Assembly (NCBI GenBank): GCA_036732755.1
Contig: DAINBU010000011.1
Coordinates: 513 to 64,512, forward strand
Direction: 5' to 3'
Length of the DNA: 64,000 bases
From: Planctomycetota bacterium
Lineage (GTDB): Bacteria; Planctomycetota; B15-G4; SIAN01
Part shown: one piece after another, positions 1 through 9,642 of the stretch
Position numbering within the stretch: position 1 is the stretch's first letter
Layout of the letters: the number at the start of each line of letters is the position of its first letter
Program-made: the position numbers and the translations under genes
Notes under the pieces: model-generated
The model's database searches: none
What the model was told of the DNA's origin: nothing
Seen by the model: only the letters and a program-made list of their open reading frames with translations

Positions 1-291
1 CGTGCTGCTGCCGACGTTGTTCGGGTCGGGCCGGTGGTCGAACGTGAAGACGACCTGCTGGAGCAGCGGCGCCGTGCCGGGCGGCGTGTCGGTCGGCTCC
101 GGATTCACGTCGGAGGGGTCGGGGAACTCGATGGAGAGCAGCTTGCCGTGCGAATCGTACGCGCCGCCCGACGAGCCGCCTCCGCCGCCGCATCCGGCGA
201 GACCTCCGAGCGCGAGCAGGGCGAGGAGCCTTCCACGCTTCCGGGCGTGCGCATCCGGACTGGAAGCGGAGGAGATGCAATGCGCTGGCAT
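1..291 (-). CDS. Lipoprotein, N-terminal 97 codons only; the rest lies beyond the left edge
   Basis: Minus-strand frame has ATG at 291 and no stop down to position 1. It translates to MPAHCISSASSPDAHARKRGRLLALLALGGLAGCGGGG..., a basic n-region, hydrophobic core and LAGC lipobox. GAGGAG lies about 8 nt upstream. The track omits it because its stop is outside the window. Confidence 0.5.
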   Translation of the reverse strand, partial: MPAHCISSASSPDAHARKRGRLLALLALGGLAGCGGGGGSSGGAYDSHGKLLSIEFPDPSDVNPEPTDTPPGTAPLLQQVVFTFDHRPDPNNVGSST

Positions 292-576
292 CGGTGGGGC
301 TCCTCGAAGTGAACCGTGTCGCACGAGGAGCGACGCTCCGCCATTACGCGGGAGTCGTGCTCCCCGAGCGTCCCGATTCCCGGACGGTGTCGGCGGCCGT
401 CCAGCCCGATCGCCCGTCTCGGGCGACCGATCCTTCGCGGCTGGAAAGGGTAGCGGCGCGGCCTCGAACGGCAATCGGACGCGGTCCGACTCCCGGGCGC
501 GGAGCGCCGTTCCGTGCACGCTTTTCGTGGCTTTTCCTGCAATCCGGCCGCGCGCCGCCGGCGCGGCCGCGCTGCA

Positions 577-2268
577 TCAGCCTCCCAGCGTGAGCTCGAG
601 CCCCGGCGTGAACGAGATGTTGCGCGACGCGCCGAAGTCCTGCTCGAGCACCTGCAGGTCGACCTTCAGTCCGCAGTAGCGCACGTCGGTCGGCACGATC
701 GCAGGGAACAGCAGCTGCCCGGCCGGCAGCGCCAGCGCGATCAGGATCCAGGGCGGCGAGACGAGGATCGTGCCCTGCGCCCGCGTCGGGATCGACGCCT
801 GCGCGAAGCCCGCGATCATGAGCGCGACGGTCGGGGCGCCCGCCGAGTTGTCGATCGTCAGGGTGATCGTGGTCTCGAACGCCGGGATCGCGCTCGCGAC
901 GAGGTTGGGGATCCCGTTCGTGCCCGGCCAGCCCGCTCCGTAGCCCTGCACCGACGCGGGGCTGTTGGTCGTCGAGTAGACGATGGTGAGCCCGCAGTCG
1001 GCGAGGCCGGGCTCGTCGTGGCCGGGAACGCCGACCGCGACGTAGTCGCCGGCGATCGGCCGCGGGCTGATCGGCAGCAACGCGAGCGAGCTGCCGAACA
1101 GGTCGCCGTCGACGTCGCCGACGATCACGCCCATGAAGGAGAACGCGCCGGGCGCGGTGAGCGACTCGACGACCATCGCGCCGCGGTCGGTGCCGGGACC
1201 GTTCACGCCCGGAGCGCCGACGTAGACGTCGGCCACGCCGTCGCCGTCTGCGTCGCCGATCTGGATCGCGACGCCGAAGCGGTCCGCGGGCGCGGGGCCG
1301 GCCACGCTCGTGATCTGGATTCCGGTCGCGCCCGAGAGCAGCGCCACGCGGCCGGGCAGCGCCGGATTGTGGATCGCCGGCGCTCCCACCAGCAGGTCGG
1401 CGATCGCGTCGCCGTCGATGTCGCTCACGATCTGGACCGTCTCGCCGAAGTCCTCGAGCGCATTGGCGCCGGCCGACTGCCACACCTGGACCGGCGGGAT
1501 CGTCTCGCTGTACGCGGTGAGCGTGCCCGCCCCTCCCTCCGAGGGAGCCGCGACCGCGAAGTCGGGCGTCGCGTCGCCGTCGACGTCGCCGAGCGTGAGC
1601 ACGTTCCAGCCGAAGCGCCCGCCCGCGGTGACGCCGTCGAGCGTCGTGATCTCGAGGTTGTTCACTCCGGAGATGACGTGGACGACGCCGGCGCCGACCA
1701 GCACGCCGACGTCCTCGTTGGGCGCGCCGACCAGGTAGTCGTTGACCGCGTCGCCGTCGAGATCGCGCACCACCGCCACGCTCGCGCCGAACTCCGCGTT
1801 GGGGACCGTCCCCGGCACCGACGCGAGCGCGAAGCCGGTCAGCGGATCGAAGAGCGAGAGGTAGCCGGGGCTCCCCGTGCCGCGCTGGTCGGCGCCCACC
1901 AGCAGGTAGTCGATGCGGCCGTCGCCGTTCAGGTCGGCCTGCGTGACGCGCGCGCCGAAGCGGTCGCCGGCGTTCGCGCCGTAGAGCGAGTAGAGCAGCG
2001 TCCCGTTCGTCGCGCTGCGCACGTCGACGCGCCCCGCGTCGGCGCCGTTGGTGTCGTCCTCCGGCACGCCGACCACGAGCTCGTAGTTGGGCGAGAAGAC
2101 GAAGCCGGCCGAGACCTCCTCGGAGATCGCGCCGTACATCTCGCCGGCCGCGGTCCCCTTCAGGTGGAGGAGCGCGGTCTGTCCCGACGCCGCGGCGCCG
2201 AGGACGGCGCCCGCCGCCAGGACCGCTGCAATGCGGACGACCCCTTCCGACTTCGAATGACGCTGCAT
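577..2268 (-). CDS. Secreted FG-GAP / integrin-alpha-like repeat protein with an unassigned conserved C-terminal domain of about 115 aa
   Basis: The 612-aa track ORF is trimmed to ATG at 2268 (MQRHSKSEGVVRIAAVLAAGAVLGAAASGQ, a signal peptide). GGAGAGGAAGG precedes the ATG. FG-GAP-like motifs recur (DLNGDGRIDYLLVGA, DLDGDAVNDYLVGAP, DVDGDATPDFAVAAP, DIDGDAIADLLVGAP, DADGDGVADVYVGAP). The C-terminus aligns with the C-terminus of the 29014..31257 protein. Confidence 0.8.
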   Translation of the reverse strand: MQRHSKSEGVVRIAAVLAAGAVLGAAASGQTALLHLKGTAAGEMYGAISEEVSAGFVFSPNYELVVGVPEDDTNGADAGRVDVRSATNGTLLYSLYGANAGDRFGARVTQADLNGDGRIDYLLVGADQRGTGSPGYLSLFDPLTGFALASVPGTVPNAEFGASVAVVRDLDGDAVNDYLVGAPNEDVGVLVGAGVVHVISGVNNLEITTLDGVTAGGRFGWNVLTLGDVDGDATPDFAVAAPSEGGAGTLTAYSETIPPVQVWQSAGANALEDFGETVQIVSDIDGDAIADLLVGAPAIHNPALPGRVALLSGATGIQITSVAGPAPADRFGVAIQIGDADGDGVADVYVGAPGVNGPGTDRGAMVVESLTAPGAFSFMGVIVGDVDGDLFGSSLALLPISPRPIAGDYVAVGVPGHDEPGLADCGLTIVYSTTNSPASVQGYGAGWPGTNGIPNLVASAIPAFETTITLTIDNSAGAPTVALMIAGFAQASIPTRAQGTILVSPPWILIALALPAGQLLFPAIVPTDVRYCGLKVDLQVLEQDFGASRNISFTPGLELTLGG

Positions 2269-2537
2269 GGCCTTCCTCTCCGTGGACTTCGCATTTCCCG
2301 GGTGCCCGACATTCAGTAGCGCGCGCCGCGAAGATGGGACCGGCCTGCCGGTCGAACGCACGGCTCTTCCAAGTCCGACCGGGCGAGCGTAGTGCGCCCC
2401 TCCGGATCCGTCCATAGGTTCGACCGTCCCGGTGAACGGGGAATCACCTCACGAAGCGGCGGCGGCCGGCCGACAAACGAGTGGCGCCGTCTCGACGGCG
2501 GGACGGCGTCGCCCCCTCCGTGCCACCGCGGATTCCC

Positions 2538-4232
2538 ATGCCAGTCACCGGCGACACCAAGAGCCTCGACCTCTCCGACCTGCTGCAGACCTTCGAGTCG
2601 CACCAGAAGAGCTGCACGCTCGACCTCGTGACCGAAACGGGGCCGGCGCGCCTGCGCATCCGCTCCGGCGCCTTCGCGGCGCTCGCGATCGGCGGGCGGC
2701 CGCGCCTCGTCGACCGCCTCGTGGCGTGGAAGCTCGTCACCGCGCGCCAGGTCGAGAACGCCCGCCGCCGGCGCGGCCGCTCGCGCCGCGCCGTGGGCAC
2801 GTTCCTCGTCGAGAGCGGCGCAATCACCGCCGAGCAGCTGCGCGAGGCGGGGCAGCAGTCGCTCGTCGAGGACCTGTGCGACCTGATCGCGAACGGCGCG
2901 AGCTCCTTCGAGCTGCGCGAGGACGGCGCCGACGCGCGCCCGGCCGACGCGGACGAGGTGCTCGAGGAAGAGGCCGAGGAGCGCTCCGACGCGGCGCCCA
3001 CCTTCGACCCCGACGAGCGTGCGCTCGCGCTGGCGGTCCCGATCGGCGCGACGCTGCTCGAGGCGGCCCGCCGCAGCGACCACTGGTCGCGCGTCCGCAA
3101 GTCGATCCCGTCCGACACCGCGACCTACGTCGCGCGCGAGAACGTCGCGCTGCCCGCCGATTTCGAGGACCCCGAGCTCGCCGCGCGCCTCTTCGCCTCG
3201 CTCGACGGCACGCGCACCGTGAAGGAGGCGACGCAGGACTGCGCGCGCGACCGCCTCGCCGCCTACGACTGCCTGCTGCGCTTCGTGCGCGACCGCCTGG
3301 TGCGCATCGCCTCGGCCGAGGACCTCTTCGCGCTCGCCTCCTCGCTCGAGAAGTCGTGGCCGCAGCGCGCGCGCCCGCTGGTCGAGCGCGGGCTCGAGGC
3401 GGAGCCCCACCACCTCGGCCTGCTCGCGCTCGGGGCGCGCCTCGCCAAGCGCAGCGGCGACCCCAAGGCGGCGGCCGCGACCTTCAAGCTGATGGCCCAC
3501 GTCTTCTCGGAGTCGGGCGACACCGAGCGGGCGCGCCGGGCGCTGGTGCAGGCGCGCACCCACGATCCGTCCGACGCCGCGACCGGCGAGCGCATCCTCG
3601 AGCTCGACCTCGAGGAGGGGCGCTTCCACGAGGCGGTCGAGGTCGGCATGCAGCTCGTCGCGCTCTACCGCAAGCCCGGCCTCCACTCCAAGGCACGCGA
3701 GGTCCTCGAGCGGCTCGTCGAGGCGGAGCCGCAGTCGCTCCCGCTGCGCCTCGAGTGGGCGCGCTCGGAGGTCGACAGCGGCGACCCCGACGAGGCGGTC
3801 GAGGGGCTCACCCGCCACGGCCGCAAGCTCGTCTCGCACGAGCGCTACGTCGAGGCGCGCCAGGCGTTCGAGGAGATCCTCGCGATCCGCCCGACGCAGA
3901 AGGACGCGCGCCGCGCGCTCGAGATGATCGACCAGCAGATCTACCAGCGCCGCCGCGCGCGCGCGCGCCGCGTGCGCCGCTTCGCGATCGGGACGCTGGT
4001 CGCGACCGCGCTCGCCGCGCTCCTGGTGCGTGAATTCGTGGCGCAGGCCGACCTGGCCGAGACGTCGAGCGCCGTCGCGCACGACGAACTGATCGAGCTC
4101 CATCTCTACGACCAGGCGCTCCGCGAATTCCGCGACGTCGCGACGCGCCACCCCTGGACGCTCACCTCCTTCCTCGGCGTGCAGCGCCGCATCGACGACC
4201 TGCAGGCGAAGCTCGGGCGGCGCGGCCGCTAG
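2538..4232 (+). CDS. DUF4388 (PATAN-like) domain protein with TPR repeats
   Basis: Real protein composition starts at MPVTGDTKSLDLSDLLQTFESHQKSCTLDL, an N-terminal motif like DUF4388. TPR-like helical repeats follow and the protein ends in a hydrophobic segment. ATG at 2538 is in frame within track ORF 2481..4232. The opposite-strand 612-aa ORF is low-complexity shadow. Confidence 0.75.
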   Translation: MPVTGDTKSLDLSDLLQTFESHQKSCTLDLVTETGPARLRIRSGAFAALAIGGRPRLVDRLVAWKLVTARQVENARRRRGRSRRAVGTFLVESGAITAEQLREAGQQSLVEDLCDLIANGASSFELREDGADARPADADEVLEEEAEERSDAAPTFDPDERALALAVPIGATLLEAARRSDHWSRVRKSIPSDTATYVARENVALPADFEDPELAARLFASLDGTRTVKEATQDCARDRLAAYDCLLRFVRDRLVRIASAEDLFALASSLEKSWPQRARPLVERGLEAEPHHLGLLALGARLAKRSGDPKAAAATFKLMAHVFSESGDTERARRALVQARTHDPSDAATGERILELDLEEGRFHEAVEVGMQLVALYRKPGLHSKAREVLERLVEAEPQSLPLRLEWARSEVDSGDPDEAVEGLTRHGRKLVSHERYVEARQAFEEILAIRPTQKDARRALEMIDQQIYQRRRARARRVRRFAIGTLVATALAALLVREFVAQADLAETSSAVAHDELIELHLYDQALREFRDVATRHPWTLTSFLGVQRRIDDLQAKLGRRGR

Positions 4233-4289
4233 CCCGGATCATTCACGAGCCCCTACTGCGGCCAGGTCGGTTCGCCCATGCCGACAGAC

Positions 4290-4319
4290 GCGGGCAGGCC
4301 CGCTTCGCAGCCTGCCCGA
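4290..4319. terminator. GC-rich hairpin between two convergent genes (9-bp stem, 10-nt loop)
   Basis: GCGGGCAGGC-ccgcttcgca-GCCTGCCCGa pairs as a hairpin. It lies in the gap between the 3' ends of the genes ending at 4232 (+) and 4495 (-). There is no U-tract, which is common in high-GC genomes. Confidence 0.35.
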
Positions 4320-4345
4320 CGTCGGAAACACGCGTTCCTTCCTCA

Positions 4346-4363
4346 GCGGGTCTTCAGACCCGC
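4346..4363. terminator. Second short hairpin in the same convergent gap (7-bp stem, TTCA loop)
   Basis: GCGGGTC-TTCA-GACCCGC pairs as a hairpin. Confidence 0.3.
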
Positions 4364-4494
4364 ATCGTCGGAGCCGCGCGTTCCCTCCTCGCCCTGGACG
4401 AACATCCCGTCGCCTCGCGACGGGGCTCGTGAACAACCCGGGCTGGTCGCGGGTCGAGCGCGCGACGGGCGAGAGCGGGTCGAGGGGCGGCGGA

Positions 4495-6993
4495 CTACGA
4501 GCCGGCCGGGGCGAAGCCGGAGCGGCGGACCACGCCGAGCTTGATCCCCGCGACGATCGCCGCGGCGATCGGGGTGAGGATGGCGACACCGGTGATCACG
4601 AGCGCCGGGACGTCGTGCTGGAGGCCGATCAGGCCGCGGCCGAACTCCGCCGCGCCGAACCCCTGGATCGCCAGCACCGGCAGCAGCGTCCCGATCACGC
4701 CCGGACGGAAGCCGGGGTCGACGCGCCGCTCGAGGCGCAGCGAGGCGAGCGCCATCCATAGGACGATCGGCAGCGCCGAGGCCGCGGCGAACGACTGGAG
4801 CGCGTGCGCGGTCGAGATCCCGGGCGCTCGAAGCGCGATCAGGGCGAGGCAGCTGCGCCCGAAGAGCGCCGCGGCGCCGAGCGTCAGCTCGCGCCGGCGC
4901 CACGCGGCGGCGAGCACGAAGACCAGCACGCCGAGCACGAGCTCGTTCGCGATCGCGAGCGGCTCCGTCGGCAGATGGAAGCGGTAGGGCATGAGCCCGA
5001 CCGGGATCGCGGTGAGCGCGAAGAGCGTGGCGGCGTCGACCCAGCGGCGCACCGCGGTCGCGACGGACGCCGACGCGGAGCGCGCGACGACGCCGAGCGC
5101 GACGAGCGCAACGACGACGGTGAGCGCGAGCGCGGCCTGGGCCGCGACGTAGGGCAGCCCGGCCGCGAGCACCGCGGCCCCGACGCCGTAGAGGAGGCCC
5201 GCCGAGCCGGCCGCGACGACGAGCAGGCGGCCCGTGAGGACGCCGCTCGCCCCGATCGCCGCGCCGACGACGGCGAGCGCCACCCCCATCGCCGGGTGGC
5301 GGTTCGCGCCGAGGATCAGCCCGGCGCAGGTCGCGCCGCTCGCGAGCGCCGCCCAGATCCCCGTGAAGAGCGCGTGCGTCGAGTGGCCGCGCCGCGCGAG
5401 CCACGTGTAGGCGCCGACCATCGCGATCGCCCACGGCGCGAAGTAGAGCGCGTAGGCGGACCACTGCGACGCGCCGGTCGCCGCCGCGATGCGCGTCGGG
5501 AGGACGCTGCGCAGCGTATGCGCGCCGACCGTGAACGGGTCGGGCAGCCACGAATAGATCGCGACGAAGACCGCGAGCGCGGGCAGGACGAGCAGCGGCT
5601 TCTGCCGCCGCAGCGAGCCGCGCAGCAGCGTCGCGCCGGACAGCGCGCCCGTCACGAGCATCCCGACCGGATCGCCGCAGGTGAGCGCGAAGCCGGCGAG
5701 CAGCCCGAGGTCGACCGAGAGGTCGAGGTAGCGCCGCACGCGGTCGGGCAGCACCGCCTCCTCGCTCGCGCACCAGCCCTTGCAGACCAGCACCAGCGAG
5801 GAGAGGAACATGCCCCAGACCGGGAGCGCCGCCGCACCGTAGTAGCGCGCACCGCGCGTGAGGCTGAGGGTGGCCGTGAAGGCGGCGAGCAGGAGCAGCG
5901 CGGAGATCTCGAGGACCATGCCGTTGCGCGACGACGCGTCCTCCTCCTCGCCGGCCGTCGCGTCGGCGCGCTTCGTGACGAAGACGCGGCCGGTCCAGAG
6001 CAGGACCGCGACGGCGCACGCGACCAGCGGCGGGAAGGCGCCGAGCAGCGGCGCGAGCCCCGTCGTCGCGAGGAGGCCGGTCGCCGCGACGAGCAGCGCC
6101 CGTCCCGGCCCGGGGCCGAGCTCGAGCGCGAGCTTGCGATGGAGCAGGAACCCGCTCGCCACCACGAACAGCGTCGCGACGACGCCGCCGACGGTCGTGT
6201 GCATCGTGACGACGCTGGCGTTGAAGGCGACGCAGGTGAGCAGCGGCGCCGCGATCCAGAGCAGCGCGCGCTCCGTCTCGGCGACCAGGCCGCGTCGATT
6301 CACGTAGTGCGCGGCGCCGACCAGCAGCGCCGCGAGACCCTGGAGCACGACGAAGGTCGAGATCGCCCACGCCTTCGGCCCCATCGGCCGATACCCGATG
6401 GCGAGGAACACCATCGAGAGGAGGACGTAGGCGCCGAGCACGAAGGCGCAGTGGGCGCCGTCGCGGCCGCTCAGGTGGAGGCTCTGCCAGAGCGAGCGCG
6501 TTCCGACGGAATGGCCGACGACGCGCGTGCGCGTGCCGTCGGCGGGCGCCGCGGGAGCGACGGGCGCCGCGACCGGCTCCTGCGGTGCCACCGGTGCGGC
6601 CGGTGCTGCGCGCACCGCCCGCTTCGCAGGTGCGACGGGAGCGGCTCGCCTCGCCGGAGCGACGGGAGCGGCCCGCGCCACCGGTGCCGCAGGTGCTGCC
6701 GGCGCCACCGGTGCGACCAGCGCAGCCGGCGCAGTCGGTGCGACCGGTGCGGCCGTTTCGCCGGCAGCGCGCTCGGCCTCCTCGACCTGCTTCGCGAAGG
6801 CCCAGCCGATCGGTTGCTCCGGTTCGCTCGCTTTCTCGGGAGCGGCGGCGGCGGCGGCAGGCGCCGCGGCGACCTCGGCCGCGGCAGCCTCCTGCGGCGG
6901 GAAGCGGGTGAATCCGCAGCGCACGCAAAGGGTCGGCTGTTCGACGGCGGGGCCGTCGCAATGGCAGATCGCGAAGGTGGCTGCGTCCATCAT
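4495..6993 (-). CDS. Polytopic membrane protein with an N-terminal zinc-ribbon and a Pro/Ala-rich linker
   Basis: ATG-ATG at 6993 (MMDAATFAICHCDGPAVEQPTLCVRCGF, two Cys pairs forming a zinc ribbon). GAGGAAA lies immediately upstream. A linker of repeated (A/P)-V-A-P units follows, then at least 12 hydrophobic helices. The 877-aa track ORF is trimmed to this start. Overlapping ORFs on both strands are Arg/Asp/Glu-rich shadow. Confidence 0.7.
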   Translation of the reverse strand: MMDAATFAICHCDGPAVEQPTLCVRCGFTRFPPQEAAAAEVAAAPAAAAAAPEKASEPEQPIGWAFAKQVEEAERAAGETAAPVAPTAPAALVAPVAPAAPAAPVARAAPVAPARRAAPVAPAKRAVRAAPAAPVAPQEPVAAPVAPAAPADGTRTRVVGHSVGTRSLWQSLHLSGRDGAHCAFVLGAYVLLSMVFLAIGYRPMGPKAWAISTFVVLQGLAALLVGAAHYVNRRGLVAETERALLWIAAPLLTCVAFNASVVTMHTTVGGVVATLFVVASGFLLHRKLALELGPGPGRALLVAATGLLATTGLAPLLGAFPPLVACAVAVLLWTGRVFVTKRADATAGEEEDASSRNGMVLEISALLLLAAFTATLSLTRGARYYGAAALPVWGMFLSSLVLVCKGWCASEEAVLPDRVRRYLDLSVDLGLLAGFALTCGDPVGMLVTGALSGATLLRGSLRRQKPLLVLPALAVFVAIYSWLPDPFTVGAHTLRSVLPTRIAAATGASQWSAYALYFAPWAIAMVGAYTWLARRGHSTHALFTGIWAALASGATCAGLILGANRHPAMGVALAVVGAAIGASGVLTGRLLVVAAGSAGLLYGVGAAVLAAGLPYVAAQAALALTVVVALVALGVVARSASASVATAVRRWVDAATLFALTAIPVGLMPYRFHLPTEPLAIANELVLGVLVFVLAAAWRRRELTLGAAALFGRSCLALIALRAPGISTAHALQSFAAASALPIVLWMALASLRLERRVDPGFRPGVIGTLLPVLAIQGFGAAEFGRGLIGLQHDVPALVITGVAILTPIAAAIVAGIKLGVVRRSGFAPAGS

Positions 6994-7124
6994 TTTCCTC
7001 GAGCGGTCTCTCCCCCCCTCTTCGCACGGCGACGCCGCCGACTTCGCAGCCGCTTCTCGGGTGGGAAAACCATTCGCACGCGCAGCGTGCGCCCGCGGCT
7101 CGACCCGGTTCCGGGGACCGCCGC

Positions 7125-8321
7125 TCACCGCTCGACGAGCGCGACCCTCTCGAGCGCGAAGACGATGTCGTGGCGCAGGTCGGGCGGCGCGTAGCAGAAG
7201 TCGTCCGCCTGGAAGCGGACGGCGACGAAGGGCCGCGCTGCGATCGCGTCGGGGAGGTCGAACGGGGTCGCGAAGCGGCCGTCGGCGGCGATGGTGAGCG
7301 TTCCGACGGTCGCCTCGTCGACGCTGACGGTCACGTGGACGCCGTCGATCTCGCCGCGGCCGAGGCCGTGGCCGGCGACCAGCAGGCGGCGGCGCCCCTC
7401 GCAGCGGAGCAGCAGCGACGCGTAGGGCGAGACGAAGCCGCCGCGCACCACGCCGCCCGTCACCTGCGCCGCCGCGTCGTCGTCGATGCGGTCGAAGCGC
7501 AGCTCCGGGTCGATCCGGCGCCGCTCGAACAGCTTCTTCAGGGAGGGTGGCCGGTCGATCTCCTCCTGGGCCTCGGGGAGGAGGCGCGCGGCGGCCTCCT
7601 TCGCCTCCGGGACCTCGTCGAGCGTCCGCCCCGGGAGGAGGCCGCGCGTGCGCACCGCCTCATAGATGTAGAGGGCCGCGAGCTCGTGGCCGGCCCGGTT
7701 CCAGTGGGCGTCGCGCTCGGAGTTGCGGTAGCGGTCGTCGCGCGAGATCGAGGTCGGGAGGGGCAGCGACTGCTCGGCGCGCAGGCCCGCCGCGTAGACG
7801 CGCTGCGACTCGGCGAGCATCCCGCAGCAGTGGTCGAGGAGGAGGTACCTCCCGCCGACCCCCTCGACCTTGCGCGCCAGCTCCGCGATCGCGCGCCCCC
7901 CCTCCTCCATGCGCGCGCGCCCCTCGCCGTCCAGCGCGAAGTGGAGCCAGCTGTTCTCGCGCGTGCCGAAGGCGATGCGCGGCCCCTCGACGAAGAGCAG
8001 CCCGTCGCCGCGCTCGGGCCAGCGCGGCCAGAAGCTCGCGAGCGACCCCATGCCACGCGCCCCCGGGTTGTCCTCGAGGTCGTTGCGCACGGCGACCTGC
8101 ACCACGAGGTCGGGCCGGACCAGCGAGAGCTGGCGGCGGAGGAAGGCGCACTCGGCGACGACGTTCCAGGTCATGACGCCGAAATGGAGGCACTCGATCG
8201 GCCCCTTCGCGCCGTGCGCGTGAGCTTGCAGCAACCGCTCGAGGTGGGCGCCGACGCGCTCGTCGGCGGCGACGCCGTACCCCATCACGTAGGAGTCGCC
8301 CAGGATCACGACGCGCGTCAC
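7125..8321 (-). CDS. SGNH/GDSL family hydrolase
   Basis: The N-terminus carries the block-I motif VVILGDSYVMGYG with the catalytic Ser. Later motifs fit SGNH esterases. The start is taken as GTG at 8321. The frame stays open for about 45 more codons upstream (to 8457) with no ATG/GTG/TTG, so the exact start is uncertain. Confidence 0.7.
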   Translation of the reverse strand: MTRVVILGDSYVMGYGVAADERVGAHLERLLQAHAHGAKGPIECLHFGVMTWNVVAECAFLRRQLSLVRPDLVVQVAVRNDLEDNPGARGMGSLASFWPRWPERGDGLLFVEGPRIAFGTRENSWLHFALDGEGRARMEEGGRAIAELARKVEGVGGRYLLLDHCCGMLAESQRVYAAGLRAEQSLPLPTSISRDDRYRNSERDAHWNRAGHELAALYIYEAVRTRGLLPGRTLDEVPEAKEAAARLLPEAQEEIDRPPSLKKLFERRRIDPELRFDRIDDDAAAQVTGGVVRGGFVSPYASLLLRCEGRRRLLVAGHGLGRGEIDGVHVTVSVDEATVGTLTIAADGRFATPFDLPDAIAARPFVAVRFQADDFCYAPPDLRHDIVFALERVALVER

Positions 8322-8862
8322 GCCGTCGGGCTTGCGCAGCTCGAAAAGGCGCTCGCGCAGACCGAGCTCGTTGCTGTCGACGGTGAAGGTGTCGAATGCA
8401 CGACCCTTGAGGTTGGGCTGTAGGACGCGTGTGATGGTTGTGTTGGGGAAGGTGTTTTAGATATTGTTGCCGTGCGCCACCAGTTCGTCGAGAGCCGCGC
8501 GCCGCACCGATTCGTCGAACAGCGCACCGTCGGCGCCGCCGCGGCCCCGCAAGAGGCTCCAGCCGGCGAGCGCGGCCGCCCCGGCCGTCGTCGCGGCGAG
8601 CACGAGGATCGCCCGGTGCGCCTGCGCGAGCCTGCGCGACGCGACCTTCGGCCCTTGGTCCACGGCGATCCCTCGCGACGAAGCGGCCCGAATGCGCACG
8701 GTCCGGCCGGATTTGGTCGGAACAAGGACGGCGAGTGTATCGGTGCGGGGAATGCGACGCCCCGGCGACAGGCGCGTTGGCTCCCGCCAATCTTCTCGCT
8801 ACATTCTCCGCACAGCTGGAACGGGCTCCCCCCCAACGCCTCTCCGCCCGGGCTCCAAGAAG

Positions 8863-9642
8863 ATGTTGAACAGCCAGAAGATCGTTGTCGTGCTCCCGGC
8901 GTACAACGCCGAGGCCACGCTCGAAGCGACCTATCGCGACCTGCCCTTCGGCATCGTCGACGACGTGATCCTCGTCGACGACGCCAGTGGCGACCGCACG
9001 GTCGAGACGGCTCGGCGCCTCGGCATCACGACGATCGTGCACGACCGCAACCGCGGCTATGGCGCCAACCAGAAGACGTGCTACCGCGAGGCGCTCGCGC
9101 GCGGCGCCGACGTCGTCGTGATGGTCCACCCCGACTACCAGTACGACCCGCGCCTCGTGACCGCGCTCTGCGCGATGATCGTGCACGGTCCCTACGACTA
9201 CGCGATCGCGTCGCGCATCCTCGGCGGGCGCGCGCTGCAGGGCGGGATGCCGCCGTGGAAGTACGTCTGCAACCGGTTGCTGACCTTCGTCCAGAACCTG
9301 CTGATGGGGCAGAAGGTCTCCGAGTACCACACCGGGTATCGCGCCTACTCGCGGCGCGTGCTCGACGCGGTCCCGTTCCACGCCAACTCCGACGGCTTCG
9401 TCTTCGACAACGAGATGCTGGCGCAGCTCGCCATGAAGGGCTTCCGGGTCGGCGAGATCTCCTGCCCCACGAGCTATTTCCCGGCGGCCTCTTCGATCGA
9501 TTTCCTGCGCAGCGTCGAATACGGGCTCGGCTGCCTCTCGATCGCGCTGCGCTACCGGCTCCACCGCTTCGGACTCGTGCGCTCGCGCCTGTTCGGGAGC
9601 GTAGAGTCGCCGGTGCATGAGCCGGCCTTCGCCAAGACCTGA
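8863..9642 (+). CDS. Glycosyltransferase family 2 (dolichyl-phosphate mannosyl/glucosyl-transferase-like)
   Basis: ATG at 8863 (MLNSQKIVVVLPAYNAEATLEATYRDLP...VDDASGDRT...HPDYQYDP) gives a GT2 A-fold with DXD-like motifs. The upstream part of track ORF 8464..9642 is Pro/Arg/Ala low-complexity and non-coding. Confidence 0.8.
   Translation: MLNSQKIVVVLPAYNAEATLEATYRDLPFGIVDDVILVDDASGDRTVETARRLGITTIVHDRNRGYGANQKTCYREALARGADVVVMVHPDYQYDPRLVTALCAMIVHGPYDYAIASRILGGRALQGGMPPWKYVCNRLLTFVQNLLMGQKVSEYHTGYRAYSRRVLDAVPFHANSDGFVFDNEMLAQLAMKGFRVGEISCPTSYFPAASSIDFLRSVEYGLGCLSIALRYRLHRFGLVRSRLFGSVESPVHEPAFAKT

Noticed and set aside
105-542. 145-aa minus ORF and the 2..679 plus ORF at the left edge
   Set aside because: Arg/Pro/Ser-rich nonsense. 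The lipoprotein frame (1..291, minus) has a signal peptide plus lipobox and an RBS.
2313-4151. 612-aa minus ORF, plus the 2432..4033 + 533-aa ORF
   Set aside because: Shadow frames of the DUF4388/TPR gene. Composition is extreme Arg/Ala/Pro/Leu with no domain signatures.
4343-7194. 894-aa minus and 796-aa plus ORFs overlapping the zinc-ribbon membrane gene
   Set aside because: Low-complexity Arg/Gly/Asp/Glu-rich translations. The 4495..6993 frame alone has hydrophobic helices and an RBS.
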